NCBI GenBank assembly: GCA_018062305.1
Contig: JAGOSK010000002.1
Coordinates: forward strand, 5,495 to 69,494
Direction: 5' to 3'
Source: Minisyncoccota bacterium
GTDB lineage: Bacteria; Patescibacteriota; Minisyncoccia; Phycocordibacterales; CAIZLB01
DNA length: 64,000 bases
Numbering within the stretch: position 1 is the first letter of the stretch; the number at the start of each line of letters is the position of its first letter. Made by a program: the position numbers and the translations under genes. The notes under the pieces are model-generated. The model did no database searches. It had not been told where the DNA came from and saw only the letters and a program-made list of their open reading frames with translations. Positions 40,063-49,861 of the stretch are shown here, in pieces.

Positions 40063-41070
40063 ATGAATCCACACGAACACGCTCGATATCAAACAGTTTT
40101 CTTTAGTATGGTGTTTTTGACTCTGGGTGTTCTCTCGGTGTTTATTTTCTGGCCATTTTTGACTCCATTGGCACTCGCCGGTATCGTCGCGATCCTTATT
40201 TCGCCAGTATACAAAAAGATTCTAAAAACACTTAAGTCAGAATCCCTTTCATCCATGGTGACTATTTTGCTTTTGGTGATTTTGATACTCGCTCCACTTG
40301 CTGTTGTTTCAAATAAAATCATATCCGAAGCTCAAGGTTTGTATGTATCAGTTACATCAGGAGAAACTATTTCATTTGATTTTATTACTTCAAAGATTGA
40401 ATCAGCAGTTCAAACATATATACCAGAATTTAAATTTAACACTCGAGAATATCTCTCTGGCTTCGCATCTTGGGTAGTAGACAGATTGGGTGGAATCTTC
40501 TCAGGCACTCTAGACTTGGTTGTGAAGTTTGTATTGGGACTTGTGGCACTCTTCTATTTCCTACGAGATGGTGATGAGTTCAAAAAGCAAATCATCTCAT
40601 TTAGTCCTTTATCTGAAGATAAAGATAAATTTATTTCAGATTCATTGAAGTCATCTATCAACTCCGTACTCATGGGATCACTTGCGGTCGCAGTAGTACA
40701 AGGCCTTCTTAGTGGTATAGGTTTTGTTCTCTTTGGTGTACCGAACGCTACCCTCTGGGGAACAGTAGCAGGTGTGGCTGCGCTTGTCCCTGGCGTTGGT
40801 ACAGCCCTTGTGTGGATTCCTGCGGTTATCTATCTATATTTCTATGGCTCTGTAGGTGTTTGGATTGCACAGCTGCTTTGGTCAGTACTACTAGTAGGAT
40901 TGATAGATAATTTCCTTGCACCTTTTATTATAAATAAAGGGGTTAATATTCATCCACTTCTTATCCTCTTTTCTATTCTCGGTGGTCTTCAATTTTTCGG
41001 GGCAGAAGGATTTCTCCTTGGTCCACTTGTTGTCGGCCTATTGTTTGCTCTCATCAAGATCATCAAATGA
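40063..41070 (+). CDS. AI-2E family transporter (PerM/UPF0118)
   Basis: 8-TM architecture with a conserved GLLSGIGFVLFGVPNA...GVAALVPGVG region. Confidence 0.85.
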   Translation: MNPHEHARYQTVFFSMVFLTLGVLSVFIFWPFLTPLALAGIVAILISPVYKKILKTLKSESLSSMVTILLLVILILAPLAVVSNKIISEAQGLYVSVTSGETISFDFITSKIESAVQTYIPEFKFNTREYLSGFASWVVDRLGGIFSGTLDLVVKFVLGLVALFYFLRDGDEFKKQIISFSPLSEDKDKFISDSLKSSINSVLMGSLAVAVVQGLLSGIGFVLFGVPNATLWGTVAGVAALVPGVGTALVWIPAVIYLYFYGSVGVWIAQLLWSVLLVGLIDNFLAPFIINKGVNIHPLLILFSILGGLQFFGAEGFLLGPLVVGLLFALIKIIK

Positions 41071-42077
41071 TTTTACGACCAATACTCATATTGCTCATAT
41101 TTTTTGGCGCACTCTTTTATTTCAAAGAGCCTATTTCTACTATCGCACCAAGTTTCGATCAGCTTCATTCTGCATATGCCGATTCATTTAAAAAACTGTT
41201 CAAGGATATAACTTCTGCTACCTCAAGTGCTGTACTAAATGGCAAACAAAATTTTATTCCATCTTTTGCGGGTACTAACTCTACTTCATCAAGTGTAAAG
41301 ACATCGACAGTCGATGTGTTGGATCAAAACAGTTATGATGCAGATAGATCGACAGTATCAAGTGTCCTCGGTTCAACCCAATCCAATAGGGAATTACTCC
41401 CTGTGGTATCAAATCAAGTCGAACAAAATTTGAATGTGGCTGGAATTGTTTCTGCTACGAACTTCGAAAGAAAAAAAGCGGGATTACCTGATTTAATTCG
41501 AGACCCACTACTGTCAAAATCTGCCGAGATAAAACTACAGGATATGTTTCAAAAGCAGTATTTCCAGCATGTGTCGCCATCAGGAGATAGTGTATCTGAT
41601 GTAGTCCGTAAAACAGGGTATGAATATATTGTAGTAGGTGAAAACCTAGCGCTCGGTGTGTTCGCGGGTGATGCACAAGTTGTAGCTGCGTGGATGGCAA
41701 GTCCAGGGCACAAGAAAAATATTCTTGACTCACGATATCAAGAAATCGGTCTCGCGGTAGGGCAGGGAGTGTATCAGGGTAGAAAACAGTGGCTTATCGT
41801 TCAACATTTTGCAAAGCCTCTCAGTTCATGTGTTTCACCGAACGGTGCCATAAAAAAGACTGTAGATATACAGAAGGCAGATATAGTAGTATTGGAAGCT
41901 AATATAAGCCGTATACGAGCAGAGATAGAGGGCGAAACAGGTGATGCTTACGTACAAAAGGCAAATGAATATAATACGCTGGTTATTGAGTACAATGCAC
42001 GTTTGACAACGCTCAAACAAAGTATTGATGAATACAATACAGCAGTTCGAGTATTCAATGCGTGCGCGGGTATCTAA
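41067..42077 (+). CDS. Membrane-anchored CAP/SCP/PR-1 domain protein with coiled-coil C-terminus
   Basis: N-terminal TM. The CAP core is VVGENLALGVF...WMASPGHKKNILDSRYQEIGLAV. It overlaps the AI-2E gene by 4 nt (ATGA). Confidence 0.75.
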   Translation: MILRPILILLIFFGALFYFKEPISTIAPSFDQLHSAYADSFKKLFKDITSATSSAVLNGKQNFIPSFAGTNSTSSSVKTSTVDVLDQNSYDADRSTVSSVLGSTQSNRELLPVVSNQVEQNLNVAGIVSATNFERKKAGLPDLIRDPLLSKSAEIKLQDMFQKQYFQHVSPSGDSVSDVVRKTGYEYIVVGENLALGVFAGDAQVVAAWMASPGHKKNILDSRYQEIGLAVGQGVYQGRKQWLIVQHFAKPLSSCVSPNGAIKKTVDIQKADIVVLEANISRIRAEIEGETGDAYVQKANEYNTLVIEYNARLTTLKQSIDEYNTAVRVFNACAGI

Positions 42078-43243
42078 TCCCTAAGAAGTAGAGCGTATCG
42101 TACGCCAACTAACATCAGTAATCCAGCAACAAAAAAGATATATGGAAAACCAGCTACGAGGAGTGTTAGACCTACTATTGGAGGAATGACGAAGTAGGGA
42201 AGCGCTCTGGTCATTCTAAAAAAACTCATAAAACCAGTATTGGTTGGACTAATGTGTTTAAAGAAATAACTTTCAGTGGATACTTCTACGATGCTCGCTC
42301 CAATACGGCTAATAAACAGTATGGCAGCCCAAAGGATGAGACTTTTCTCATGAATGAATGGTATGAGCATAAAAGACGCCGCCATGATACTGAAGCCTAG
42401 CACCAGTACATGTTTTTCATCATGGTATTTGTCTTCCATTCTACCGATAGGAATTTGAAATATGATAAAAGGAAGCAACATAGCGCTCAAAATAATACCA
42501 ACCTCACTCCAATTGAACCCAATATGATTTATGAGATAGAGGGGTAGATAGATAACTGTCCATCCGTAAAAGACGTGCAATAAAAATTGATCAATAAATA
42601 CATCAAATATATTTTTATTATCAAAAAACTTACGCGCAGCACTCTTCAAATCGATAACGGGGTATTCAGGATCTTTGAAGTTACGAAAGTTAGAGATTAT
42701 AAGTATAAAAAATGGTACTAAAAAGAGTGCACCAATGAGATATATTTTCCAGTACTCAGGCTTTATGAGTATGAGTCCTACTATTGCTGGAGTAACTATT
42801 GGAGGAATATTTTGCATGGTCAAATAGATACCGCGAATATTACCCATATCTTCAGGCGAAGAAAAACTCTCGGTAAAAATGTCCATACAATAAAACAAGG
42901 CTGGCCCAACCGCTTGGTGGAGTATAAAAAGAATGATGATCAATCCAGGTGACGTGGCAAAGGCGAGACCGAGGAGTGCGATGAGTTCAAATAGTCCAAG
43001 CGTCAACGTCAATTTGAAGTTTCCAAATGTACGTAAGAATGCTGGGGCATAAACAAAGATGATGATGTTGATGAGCGATCCAACTGCATACGTATACCCG
43101 ATTGTCTTTTCATTTAAAATCCCTGAAAGATATTTTGAGTTAATAAAATATACAAAAAAGAAGTGAAACGAGAGTAAAAGCACTGACATAAAAATCAGTA
43201 GCATTGCCTGAAGGTTTTTGAGCTTACCAAAGAGTTGATCCAT
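42074..43243 (-). CDS. MFS transporter
   Basis: 389 aa with 12 predicted TM helices and MFS-like loop motifs. Confidence 0.8.
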   Translation of the reverse strand: MDQLFGKLKNLQAMLLIFMSVLLLSFHFFFVYFINSKYLSGILNEKTIGYTYAVGSLINIIIFVYAPAFLRTFGNFKLTLTLGLFELIALLGLAFATSPGLIIILFILHQAVGPALFYCMDIFTESFSSPEDMGNIRGIYLTMQNIPPIVTPAIVGLILIKPEYWKIYLIGALFLVPFFILIISNFRNFKDPEYPVIDLKSAARKFFDNKNIFDVFIDQFLLHVFYGWTVIYLPLYLINHIGFNWSEVGIILSAMLLPFIIFQIPIGRMEDKYHDEKHVLVLGFSIMAASFMLIPFIHEKSLILWAAILFISRIGASIVEVSTESYFFKHISPTNTGFMSFFRMTRALPYFVIPPIVGLTLLVAGFPYIFFVAGLLMLVGVRYALLLRD

Positions 43244-43316
43244 GTATTTCAGTAGTACCTAAATTGTATCACAAATGCTATATCCAAATCCTTTAGCAAT
43301 AGGCTACTGCTAAAAG

Positions 43317-43685
43317 CTACCGCGCTTCAGTGTTGTTACGGATTATTTGATCTGCTTCCTCAGTCGTCAGTGTGCCCTCAAGACTTGCACTTGTATTTCC
43401 TTTCAAGATAGATTCTATATCTTTTGAACCTAGCTCATCATTTGGATTGGCTTTTGGCATAGACTCAACAAGTTTATTGTATTCTTCATCTGCACGAATT
43501 CGTTCTAGTTCTATATATGCTGATATTTCTTCATTTTTTACTACGTATATATAATAGGCGTAGCCTCCAATCATGCAAATAAGTCCAATGATAGTAACCC
43601 ACAAAACAAATGACTGAACACCTTTTGAAATCCCTCCTTGTGATAGCTGTGAAGATTCGTTCATGATATCTGTATTATATAGCAC
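43317..43685 (-). CDS. Hypothetical small membrane-anchored protein
   Basis: One TM helix (FVLWVTIIGLICMIGGYAYYIYV), then an acidic tail. Confidence 0.45.
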   Translation of the reverse strand: MLYNTDIMNESSQLSQGGISKGVQSFVLWVTIIGLICMIGGYAYYIYVVKNEEISAYIELERIRADEEYNKLVESMPKANPNDELGSKDIESILKGNTSASLEGTLTTEEADQIIRNNTEAR

Positions 43686-43769
43686 ATATTGGTCTAAAGT
43701 AGATAACTTAAATACTTTGCCTGTGAATAACTATTGGATATTGTATGTATTAGATATATAATTGTAGGT

Positions 43770-44564
43770 ATGAAATTTCCAAAAACTTTAAATAAAGAAC
43801 ATCTATTATCATTCGTTTCAGCAATTATTCTTTTTGCCGGTACTACAGCAGTTTTGGCATGGACTGCACCTGGTGCAAATCCTCCAGATGGAAATGCCCC
43901 TGCACCTATAAATGTTAGTGGAAATGGACAAATCAAAAACGGATTTTTGGGTCTCTATGGTAAGAATGATGGAAATGGTACAAATGTCGGATTGGCAATT
44001 TCAAAAAATGACACAAATTATGGATTGTTGAATAATCTTTCCTTGGGTGTTAAGGGGAAAATTGGTGCAGATTGGTACTGTGATGCACAGGGGAATAATT
44101 GTGTTGATATACTTACTTTACGGGGGGCTGTAACTAATATAAATAATCATGTAACAAATAACAGTACTACCACTGGTGGTTGTATCACAACTCAACAGAC
44201 TTATACCTCGAATGCCTCGGTTACTAGTAATTCCGGTAATCAGGTACCAAAAGTAATTGCCAATTTGGACGCTGGGACTTGGACCGTTGCAGGCTCAGGT
44301 ACAGCAAATAGAACAGACGTCCAGGGTTCAATGTCTGTATGGATCAAAGTTTCCAAAAGCGGCTCAATACCTAATGGTTTGTTTCTTCTCAAGAAGGGTA
44401 CGGTCCTAACCGGTATCAGACCGACATATCCAGCCTCTATGTCATGGGAGGTTCCTACAACCACATTCACTATTACTGGATCCGAAAGGGTTGAAGTAAT
44501 TACTGCCCGTGCCACAGTTGGAGGAAGTGTTACCTTTACTGGACCAAAAACAGTTTGTAACTAA
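43770..44564 (+). CDS. Hypothetical secreted Asn/Thr/Gly-rich protein
   Basis: Signal peptide MKFPKTLNKEHLLSFVSAIILFAGTTAVLA. The ATG at 43770 is preferred over the track start at 43734. Confidence 0.55.
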   Translation: MKFPKTLNKEHLLSFVSAIILFAGTTAVLAWTAPGANPPDGNAPAPINVSGNGQIKNGFLGLYGKNDGNGTNVGLAISKNDTNYGLLNNLSLGVKGKIGADWYCDAQGNNCVDILTLRGAVTNINNHVTNNSTTTGGCITTQQTYTSNASVTSNSGNQVPKVIANLDAGTWTVAGSGTANRTDVQGSMSVWIKVSKSGSIPNGLFLLKKGTVLTGIRPTYPASMSWEVPTTTFTITGSERVEVITARATVGGSVTFTGPKTVCN

Positions 44565-44577
44565 TAAAACAAAAATA

Positions 44578-44640
44578 AAAACACCCTGCTGTGTATGGAT
44601 GTAATCCCGGATACACAGCAGGGTGTTTTTATTTTTATGA
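44578..44640. terminator. Strong bidirectional terminator between convergent genes
   Basis: ACACCCTGCTGTGTAT (44581..44596) pairs perfectly with ATACACAGCAGGGTGT (44611..44626) to give a 16-bp stem. An A-run lies on one side and TTTTTATTTTTAT on the other. Confidence 0.75.
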
Positions 44641-44643
44641 AGC

Positions 44644-46809
44644 CTATACACAAATCATCACTGGAATCACAATAGGTCGTTTTGCTGTGTGTTGGAAGAT
44701 AAACTTACTTAATGCTTCTGAAACAACATCTTTAATGTAATCAATGTTGATAGGATGCATATTTTCAGTATTTTGTTCAACTACGTATTTTACAAGGTGA
44801 CGTGTTTCTCGAAGGAGGTCTTGCGACTCTCGTAGGTACACTGAACCTCGTGAAATTATGTCTGGAGATTTCTTGAGCTTACCTGTAGCGGCGTTGATAA
44901 GAGCAATAACCACGAAGATACCGTCTTGTGAAAGTACTTGTCGATCTCGGATAACCACATCCTGGATATCACCAATAGTGAATCCATCCACCATTACCAC
45001 GTTGTCAGGAGCTTTTTCAGTCATACGTACGAGCTTTGTACCTTCTTCTCGTATTTCAATAATAGTACCGTTGTCAGGCACTACAATGTGATCTGCAGGC
45101 ATTCCCATTATTTGCATTGCAAGTTCAGCATGTTGTCGAAGCTTGTAGTGAGTTCCGTGAATAGGGATAAAGAATCGAGGCTTGAGCTTTTTGTGCAACC
45201 ACTCGATTTCTCCTCGGTTTGCATGTCCTGTCGAGTGGATGAAAACTTCAGATGTTCGATAGTGAATAATCTTTGCTCCAGCACGTGCAATCTTATCCTT
45301 GAGCTTGTCTACTGCTTTTTCATTTCCTGGAATAATAGAAGCAGAAAGGAGAATAGTATCTCGATTTGAAAGCTTGAAGTGTTTGTATGTCCCTGAAGCC
45401 ATTCGCATAAGAGCGGCGAACTCATCACCTTGTGCACCTGTTGCAAGTACTACCACTTTGTCTGGTGGATATTTTTCAATATCCTGTGGAGCAATGAGAG
45501 TTTCCTTTTTAACAACAAGCATACCAGCTTGAATAGCAATATCGATGTTGTTCTTCATACTTCGTCCTTCAATAAGAACTTTCTTTCCATATTTCTCTGA
45601 AGATTCTACAATCTTTGCGATACGGTGGAAGTGTGAGGCGAACATACCTACAATAAGTCGTCCCTTGATATCTCGTACGATACCGTCGAGGTTTTCGAGT
45701 ACGAGACGTTCTGGAGTAGAGAAGCCAGGGTTTTCGATGTTCGTAGATTCACCAAGAAGCATGAGTACTTTTTTATCATTGAAAAATGAATAAAGCTTTT
45801 CCTCTTCGGCTGTTGGGACTTCATCTACGTGATCGAGTTTGAAGTCACCAGGGTTTACTACATATCCATATGGAGTTTCGATTGCGATACCGATTGCATC
45901 AGGAATAGTGTGAGTTACTCCAAAAAATTGTACAACAATGTCACCTATTCTAATTCGGTCATTTTGTTCTACGATTTTAAAATCAATAGGTTCAAGGTGA
46001 GGGAATTCAGATTGTCTTTTCTTCACCATGAGAGCTGTAAGGTTTCGTGTGTACATTGGTGGGTTACCGATACGATCCATGATGTATGGAATTCCCCCGA
46101 TGTGGTCGAGGTGACCGTGAGTGATGATGATAGCTTTTACTCGATCTTTTCGTTCTTCGAGGTACTTTGTGTTTGGCAAAATATAGTCCACGCCCGGCGT
46201 ACTTTCTTCACTGAAACCGAAGCCTGCATCGATAACGATAATGTCGTTACCAATTTCGATGGCGGTCATGTTCATACCAATTTTTTCTACACCTCCAAGT
46301 GGGATGATTCGGATATTTCCAGATCCTACAAGTGGAAGGTGACCACTCTCTGCAAGACGAGCACCAGTATTAATAAGACTCTTTTGTGGCGGTTCAGGAC
46401 GTCTCATTGGTCTATTTCGATTCATGATGCCACGATTGCCATGACCTGCTGTTTTTGATGCTGAGGCTGTCGGTCGATTTGTAGATGTCGTTTGTGTTTT
46501 TTGTTCTGCTACATTGTCATCATTTAGATTTGATGATGGCTCGCCCATATCTTCCCAGTGCGTCTTACCTTTAAATTCATTCAAAGCATCAGTGTGATTT
46601 ATTGAAGCATTACTTGAGCTAGGGGATTTTGCAGAAGCAGGTACTACCGTACTTCTTGGGCTTGTAGATGTAGAAACCGATGCACTTTGCCCAATAGGCG
46701 CGATGATAGGTCTGTTGTCTATTCTGTTATTTCTTGGTCCATTAGTGTGTCCTCCGGCATTATTACCGTATTGTGGTCGTCCGTGAAATGGTCGTCTGTC
46801 GTTGTTCAT
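44644..46809 (-). CDS. rnj: Ribonuclease J (beta-CASP metallo-beta-lactamase RNase) with an N-terminal disordered extension of about 165 aa
   Basis: IRIIPLGGVEKIGMNM, HGHLDHIGG and beta-CASP motifs. The N-terminus is rich in N, R, P, S and T; an internal start is possible. Confidence 0.9.
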   Translation of the reverse strand: MNNDRRPFHGRPQYGNNAGGHTNGPRNNRIDNRPIIAPIGQSASVSTSTSPRSTVVPASAKSPSSSNASINHTDALNEFKGKTHWEDMGEPSSNLNDDNVAEQKTQTTSTNRPTASASKTAGHGNRGIMNRNRPMRRPEPPQKSLINTGARLAESGHLPLVGSGNIRIIPLGGVEKIGMNMTAIEIGNDIIVIDAGFGFSEESTPGVDYILPNTKYLEERKDRVKAIIITHGHLDHIGGIPYIMDRIGNPPMYTRNLTALMVKKRQSEFPHLEPIDFKIVEQNDRIRIGDIVVQFFGVTHTIPDAIGIAIETPYGYVVNPGDFKLDHVDEVPTAEEEKLYSFFNDKKVLMLLGESTNIENPGFSTPERLVLENLDGIVRDIKGRLIVGMFASHFHRIAKIVESSEKYGKKVLIEGRSMKNNIDIAIQAGMLVVKKETLIAPQDIEKYPPDKVVVLATGAQGDEFAALMRMASGTYKHFKLSNRDTILLSASIIPGNEKAVDKLKDKIARAGAKIIHYRTSEVFIHSTGHANRGEIEWLHKKLKPRFFIPIHGTHYKLRQHAELAMQIMGMPADHIVVPDNGTIIEIREEGTKLVRMTEKAPDNVVMVDGFTIGDIQDVVIRDRQVLSQDGIFVVIALINAATGKLKKSPDIISRGSVYLRESQDLLRETRHLVKYVVEQNTENMHPINIDYIKDVVSEALSKFIFQHTAKRPIVIPVMICV

Positions 46810-46894
46810 GTGTCTGTTTTGTTAATTTTTTTTGTAATTTTTCTAATATGTAAATTTGATATCGGAATCTCGTCTCATTACTGAATCTTTGTCT

Positions 46895-48952
46895 TTACTT
46901 TGCAAAAATTTTCCAAACTTTTTCTGTTTCTAAATACCACTTGTGGACATTCATAAAACGTTCCGATGGGGTAGTTATGTTAGAAATTTCTAGATTGTGA
47001 ATGTCTTTGCTTGTGGCGTAAATATAATCAGGAGAATAGAGGAAAATAGCAGGAATGTCGTTTTGAATTTCGTTTTCAAACACACGATATGCTTCAAGTC
47101 TCTTTGTCTCGTCTGATGTGGTTCTGATAGTTTCGAGTACCTTATCTGCCTTTATATTGGTATATAGTGCAATATTTAACCCTGGGTCATTTCTTTGTGA
47201 AGAGTGCCAAAAAGGATAGAGGTCAAGGTCTCGTCCGACTACGTTTCCAAAGAGGAGAGAGTCATATTTTCGGGGACGGATTACCTTTTGAGTCAGGTCA
47301 GATGGTTCGAATATCTCAACTTTAACATCTGCACCAAGTTTTGTCCATGTCTCCTTCAAAATCTCTGCAGAACGCTTAAGTTCAGGGACATTTGAGGTAG
47401 AGATGCTAAATCGGAGCGTTTGGGTCTCGTTAGATTTGGCAGTTTTGGTCTGCTTTTCAAAAATCCCAGACGAGTTCAATTTCCAGCCTTTTGCAAGGAG
47501 AATCTTCTTGCCAGCCTCAATATATTCATCGTCTAGAGTGCTTGACGCTGTGCCTGAGATTTCAGTATTTTGTGAAAGTCCCCGCGGGATAGCACCTTTT
47601 GATACAGCACCCCAACCTTGCAAGATTGTATCAATAAGTGAAAGTCGATTTACTGAGACGTTCAATGCATCTCGAACTTCTCGGTTTACCAAAACTGGTG
47701 CACTACTTTGATTGAAAAATAATGCAAATACTCGTGGTAGAGGAGTACTCTGTAAATTATACTGATTACTTTTTAGTTTGTTTGCTTCGTCAGGTGCTAC
47801 GCCACCAAGAGCTTCGATACTTCCTTCAGAATAAGCTGTGAGAGCTTCGGCTTCGCTTTTATAAAACTTTACTATTAGATGTTGAATATATGCATTTCCT
47901 AAACTGTATTCTTCGAAAGGAACCAAATCATAGTGCTCATATATTCCTGTATCGTCTCGATAGGCCTTTTTAATTTTGTAAGGACCTGATCCAACAGGTT
48001 CTCTGTTGTATGTATTAATATCGAAAGCCTCGTTCTCAATATTTGACCAAATATGTTTAGGTAATATCCCGAGTGTCATATTTTCAAGAAAAGATGCATA
48101 AGGTCTTTTGAGAATAAATTTAATTTCAGTCGGACTAACTTTTTCTAAAGCGACACCTGTCCAATTTTCAGCTCGAGGACTTTTGATAAGTGGATCTTGT
48201 GCTTTTGTAATAGTGAATTCAATATCATCAGTTGTTAGAGGTTTACCATCTTGAAAAGTCAGACCATCTTTAAGTTTGAATGTATATGTAAGGCCATCGT
48301 CTGAAACCTCCCAAGATTTTGCTAAGTCTGCTACAAGACGACCTTCTGGTGTAGCTTTGAGTAGTCCAGAATATACAAGACTAATCATGTCTTTGTCTGC
48401 ATCAGTATATCCAAGTAGAGGATTGATGAATCGTGCGTATCCAACTATACCTTCAGTATATGTACCACCACGAGCAGGAAGTTCTACTGAATAAAAATTA
48501 TTAACCCCTGAAAGAATGGAAAGAGTACTTATTACAAGAGTAATACCCGCGATTATAAAAATCAGTTTTTCGGTTGGCCGAAATGCTTTGTATAATGTCT
48601 TAATTTTAGAAAACTTATTTGTTTCTAATGTGGGTGGGTGAATAGGTACTGAAATAGTACTCGCATTGATAGAAGTAGGAGTGGAGATACTCTCAGGAAC
48701 TAATTCCGGTAGAGATGTTTCTTTTGCAAGGTTTGTAGAGTTACCCTCAAAAACCTTCTTTTTTCTTGGAGCTCGAGGTTTTTTTGGAATCTCTTTTGAA
48801 ATTTCTGGTTGAAATTGTGACGATTCAGGTATTTCAGTTGTCTCGGGAATTGTGGCCTCAAGAACTACATCTTGAACTATATCTTTGGGTGCGGTTTCAG
48901 GTACAATTTCTAAATCTATCTCACCATCTTTTGGAATAAGGTTTGAAGTCAA
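46895..48952 (-). CDS. ABC transporter substrate-binding protein, family 5 (OppA/DppA-like), with N-terminal extension and TM anchor
   Basis: SBP_bac_5-like core (LVADLAKSWEVSDDGLTYTFKLKDGLTFQDGKPLT). No permease or ATPase gene is adjacent. Confidence 0.8.
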   Translation of the reverse strand: MTSNLIPKDGEIDLEIVPETAPKDIVQDVVLEATIPETTEIPESSQFQPEISKEIPKKPRAPRKKKVFEGNSTNLAKETSLPELVPESISTPTSINASTISVPIHPPTLETNKFSKIKTLYKAFRPTEKLIFIIAGITLVISTLSILSGVNNFYSVELPARGGTYTEGIVGYARFINPLLGYTDADKDMISLVYSGLLKATPEGRLVADLAKSWEVSDDGLTYTFKLKDGLTFQDGKPLTTDDIEFTITKAQDPLIKSPRAENWTGVALEKVSPTEIKFILKRPYASFLENMTLGILPKHIWSNIENEAFDINTYNREPVGSGPYKIKKAYRDDTGIYEHYDLVPFEEYSLGNAYIQHLIVKFYKSEAEALTAYSEGSIEALGGVAPDEANKLKSNQYNLQSTPLPRVFALFFNQSSAPVLVNREVRDALNVSVNRLSLIDTILQGWGAVSKGAIPRGLSQNTEISGTASSTLDDEYIEAGKKILLAKGWKLNSSGIFEKQTKTAKSNETQTLRFSISTSNVPELKRSAEILKETWTKLGADVKVEIFEPSDLTQKVIRPRKYDSLLFGNVVGRDLDLYPFWHSSQRNDPGLNIALYTNIKADKVLETIRTTSDETKRLEAYRVFENEIQNDIPAIFLYSPDYIYATSKDIHNLEISNITTPSERFMNVHKWYLETEKVWKIFAK

Positions 48953-49120
48953 AGTAGTTAGGTATTAGATACTAATAGTCGAAGTACTAGTCGTTGTGCG
49001 AAGAGAATCGGAAAAAACACAATAAAAGGGGTGCACAGACGTTAGGATAGGGAACTCTCGAGTTTAAGCTTGAATAAGTTTAGAACTGAACGTTAAGGCC
49101 GGTCTTAAAATTGGACAGCC

Positions 49121-49351
49121 TTAAAATCGGATCAGTGCCATAAGTGCTGACACTACAAATAGTACAGCTAAGACAATAGTCGCTGTAAACAAAAACTTTT
49201 CAAATCCTCTTCGAGTTCTCCATGACGAAACAGAATCAGTGCCACCAAATGCTCCACCAGCACCAGCTTCAGATTGCTGAAATAGAACAGCTACCGTGAG
49301 AAGTACAGCTAGGACAATTTGTATAATAGGTAAAATGGCGTTGATTTCCAT
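49121..49351 (-). CDS. secG: Preprotein translocase subunit SecG
   Basis: 76 aa. Two TM helices flank a Gly-rich loop (LFQQSEAGAGGAFGGTD...RRGFEKFL). Confidence 0.75.
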   Translation of the reverse strand: MEINAILPIIQIVLAVLLTVAVLFQQSEAGAGGAFGGTDSVSSWRTRRGFEKFLFTATIVLAVLFVVSALMALIRF

Positions 49352-49558
49352 CGTTGGTATCTATGGTAGCAGAAAGGGGTTTTTTTGGCAATCTTCAATT
49401 TATGATAATAGAGTGTGTTGAGTCTCCTGAGTATGTGTATCCTCACATAATGGGACTACTTTGCTGAGAAAACGGATCAAAGTTCCAGGTGCTGATTTTA
49501 TAGTGGTAATTTCCCAAAAAGAAGGTAATAAAATAACTATAATCACGTCATACATTAT

Positions 49559-49840
49559 ATGAACATAACGACAGATAAAATTTCACAGGCTACGTATATT
49601 TCTTTTTCAGATGAAAAAGTGTTTAAAACGAGAGCTTTTCTCAATAGTAAGATTATTGTTGATTTTGGAATTAAGAATAGAATTCTTGGAATTGAAATTC
49701 TTGGTCCAGTATTTTCTTTCAAAAGATTACTAGAATCAAAACTAAACAAATGGCATATCATTAAGAATTTTTCTAGATCAAAGAAAGCAGAACCCGCTAG
49801 TGTGGTCAGTGTGAGTGATCGTATCCAAAATATACAATAA
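49559..49840 (+). CDS. DUF2283-like small protein
   Basis: ATYISFSDEKV...KIIVDFGIKNRILGIEIL resembles the DUF2283 consensus (YDxEADALYI...GxxVGIEIL). Confidence 0.5.
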   Translation: MNITTDKISQATYISFSDEKVFKTRAFLNSKIIVDFGIKNRILGIEILGPVFSFKRLLESKLNKWHIIKNFSRSKKAEPASVVSVSDRIQNIQ

Positions 49841-49861
49841 TATGATATAGTCATCATATAT

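Noticed and set aside
49060-49120. Possible terminator hairpin downstream of secG (TAAGGC...GCCTTA)
   Set aside because: The stem is only 6 bp with a 21-nt loop and no clear U-tract on the relevant strand.
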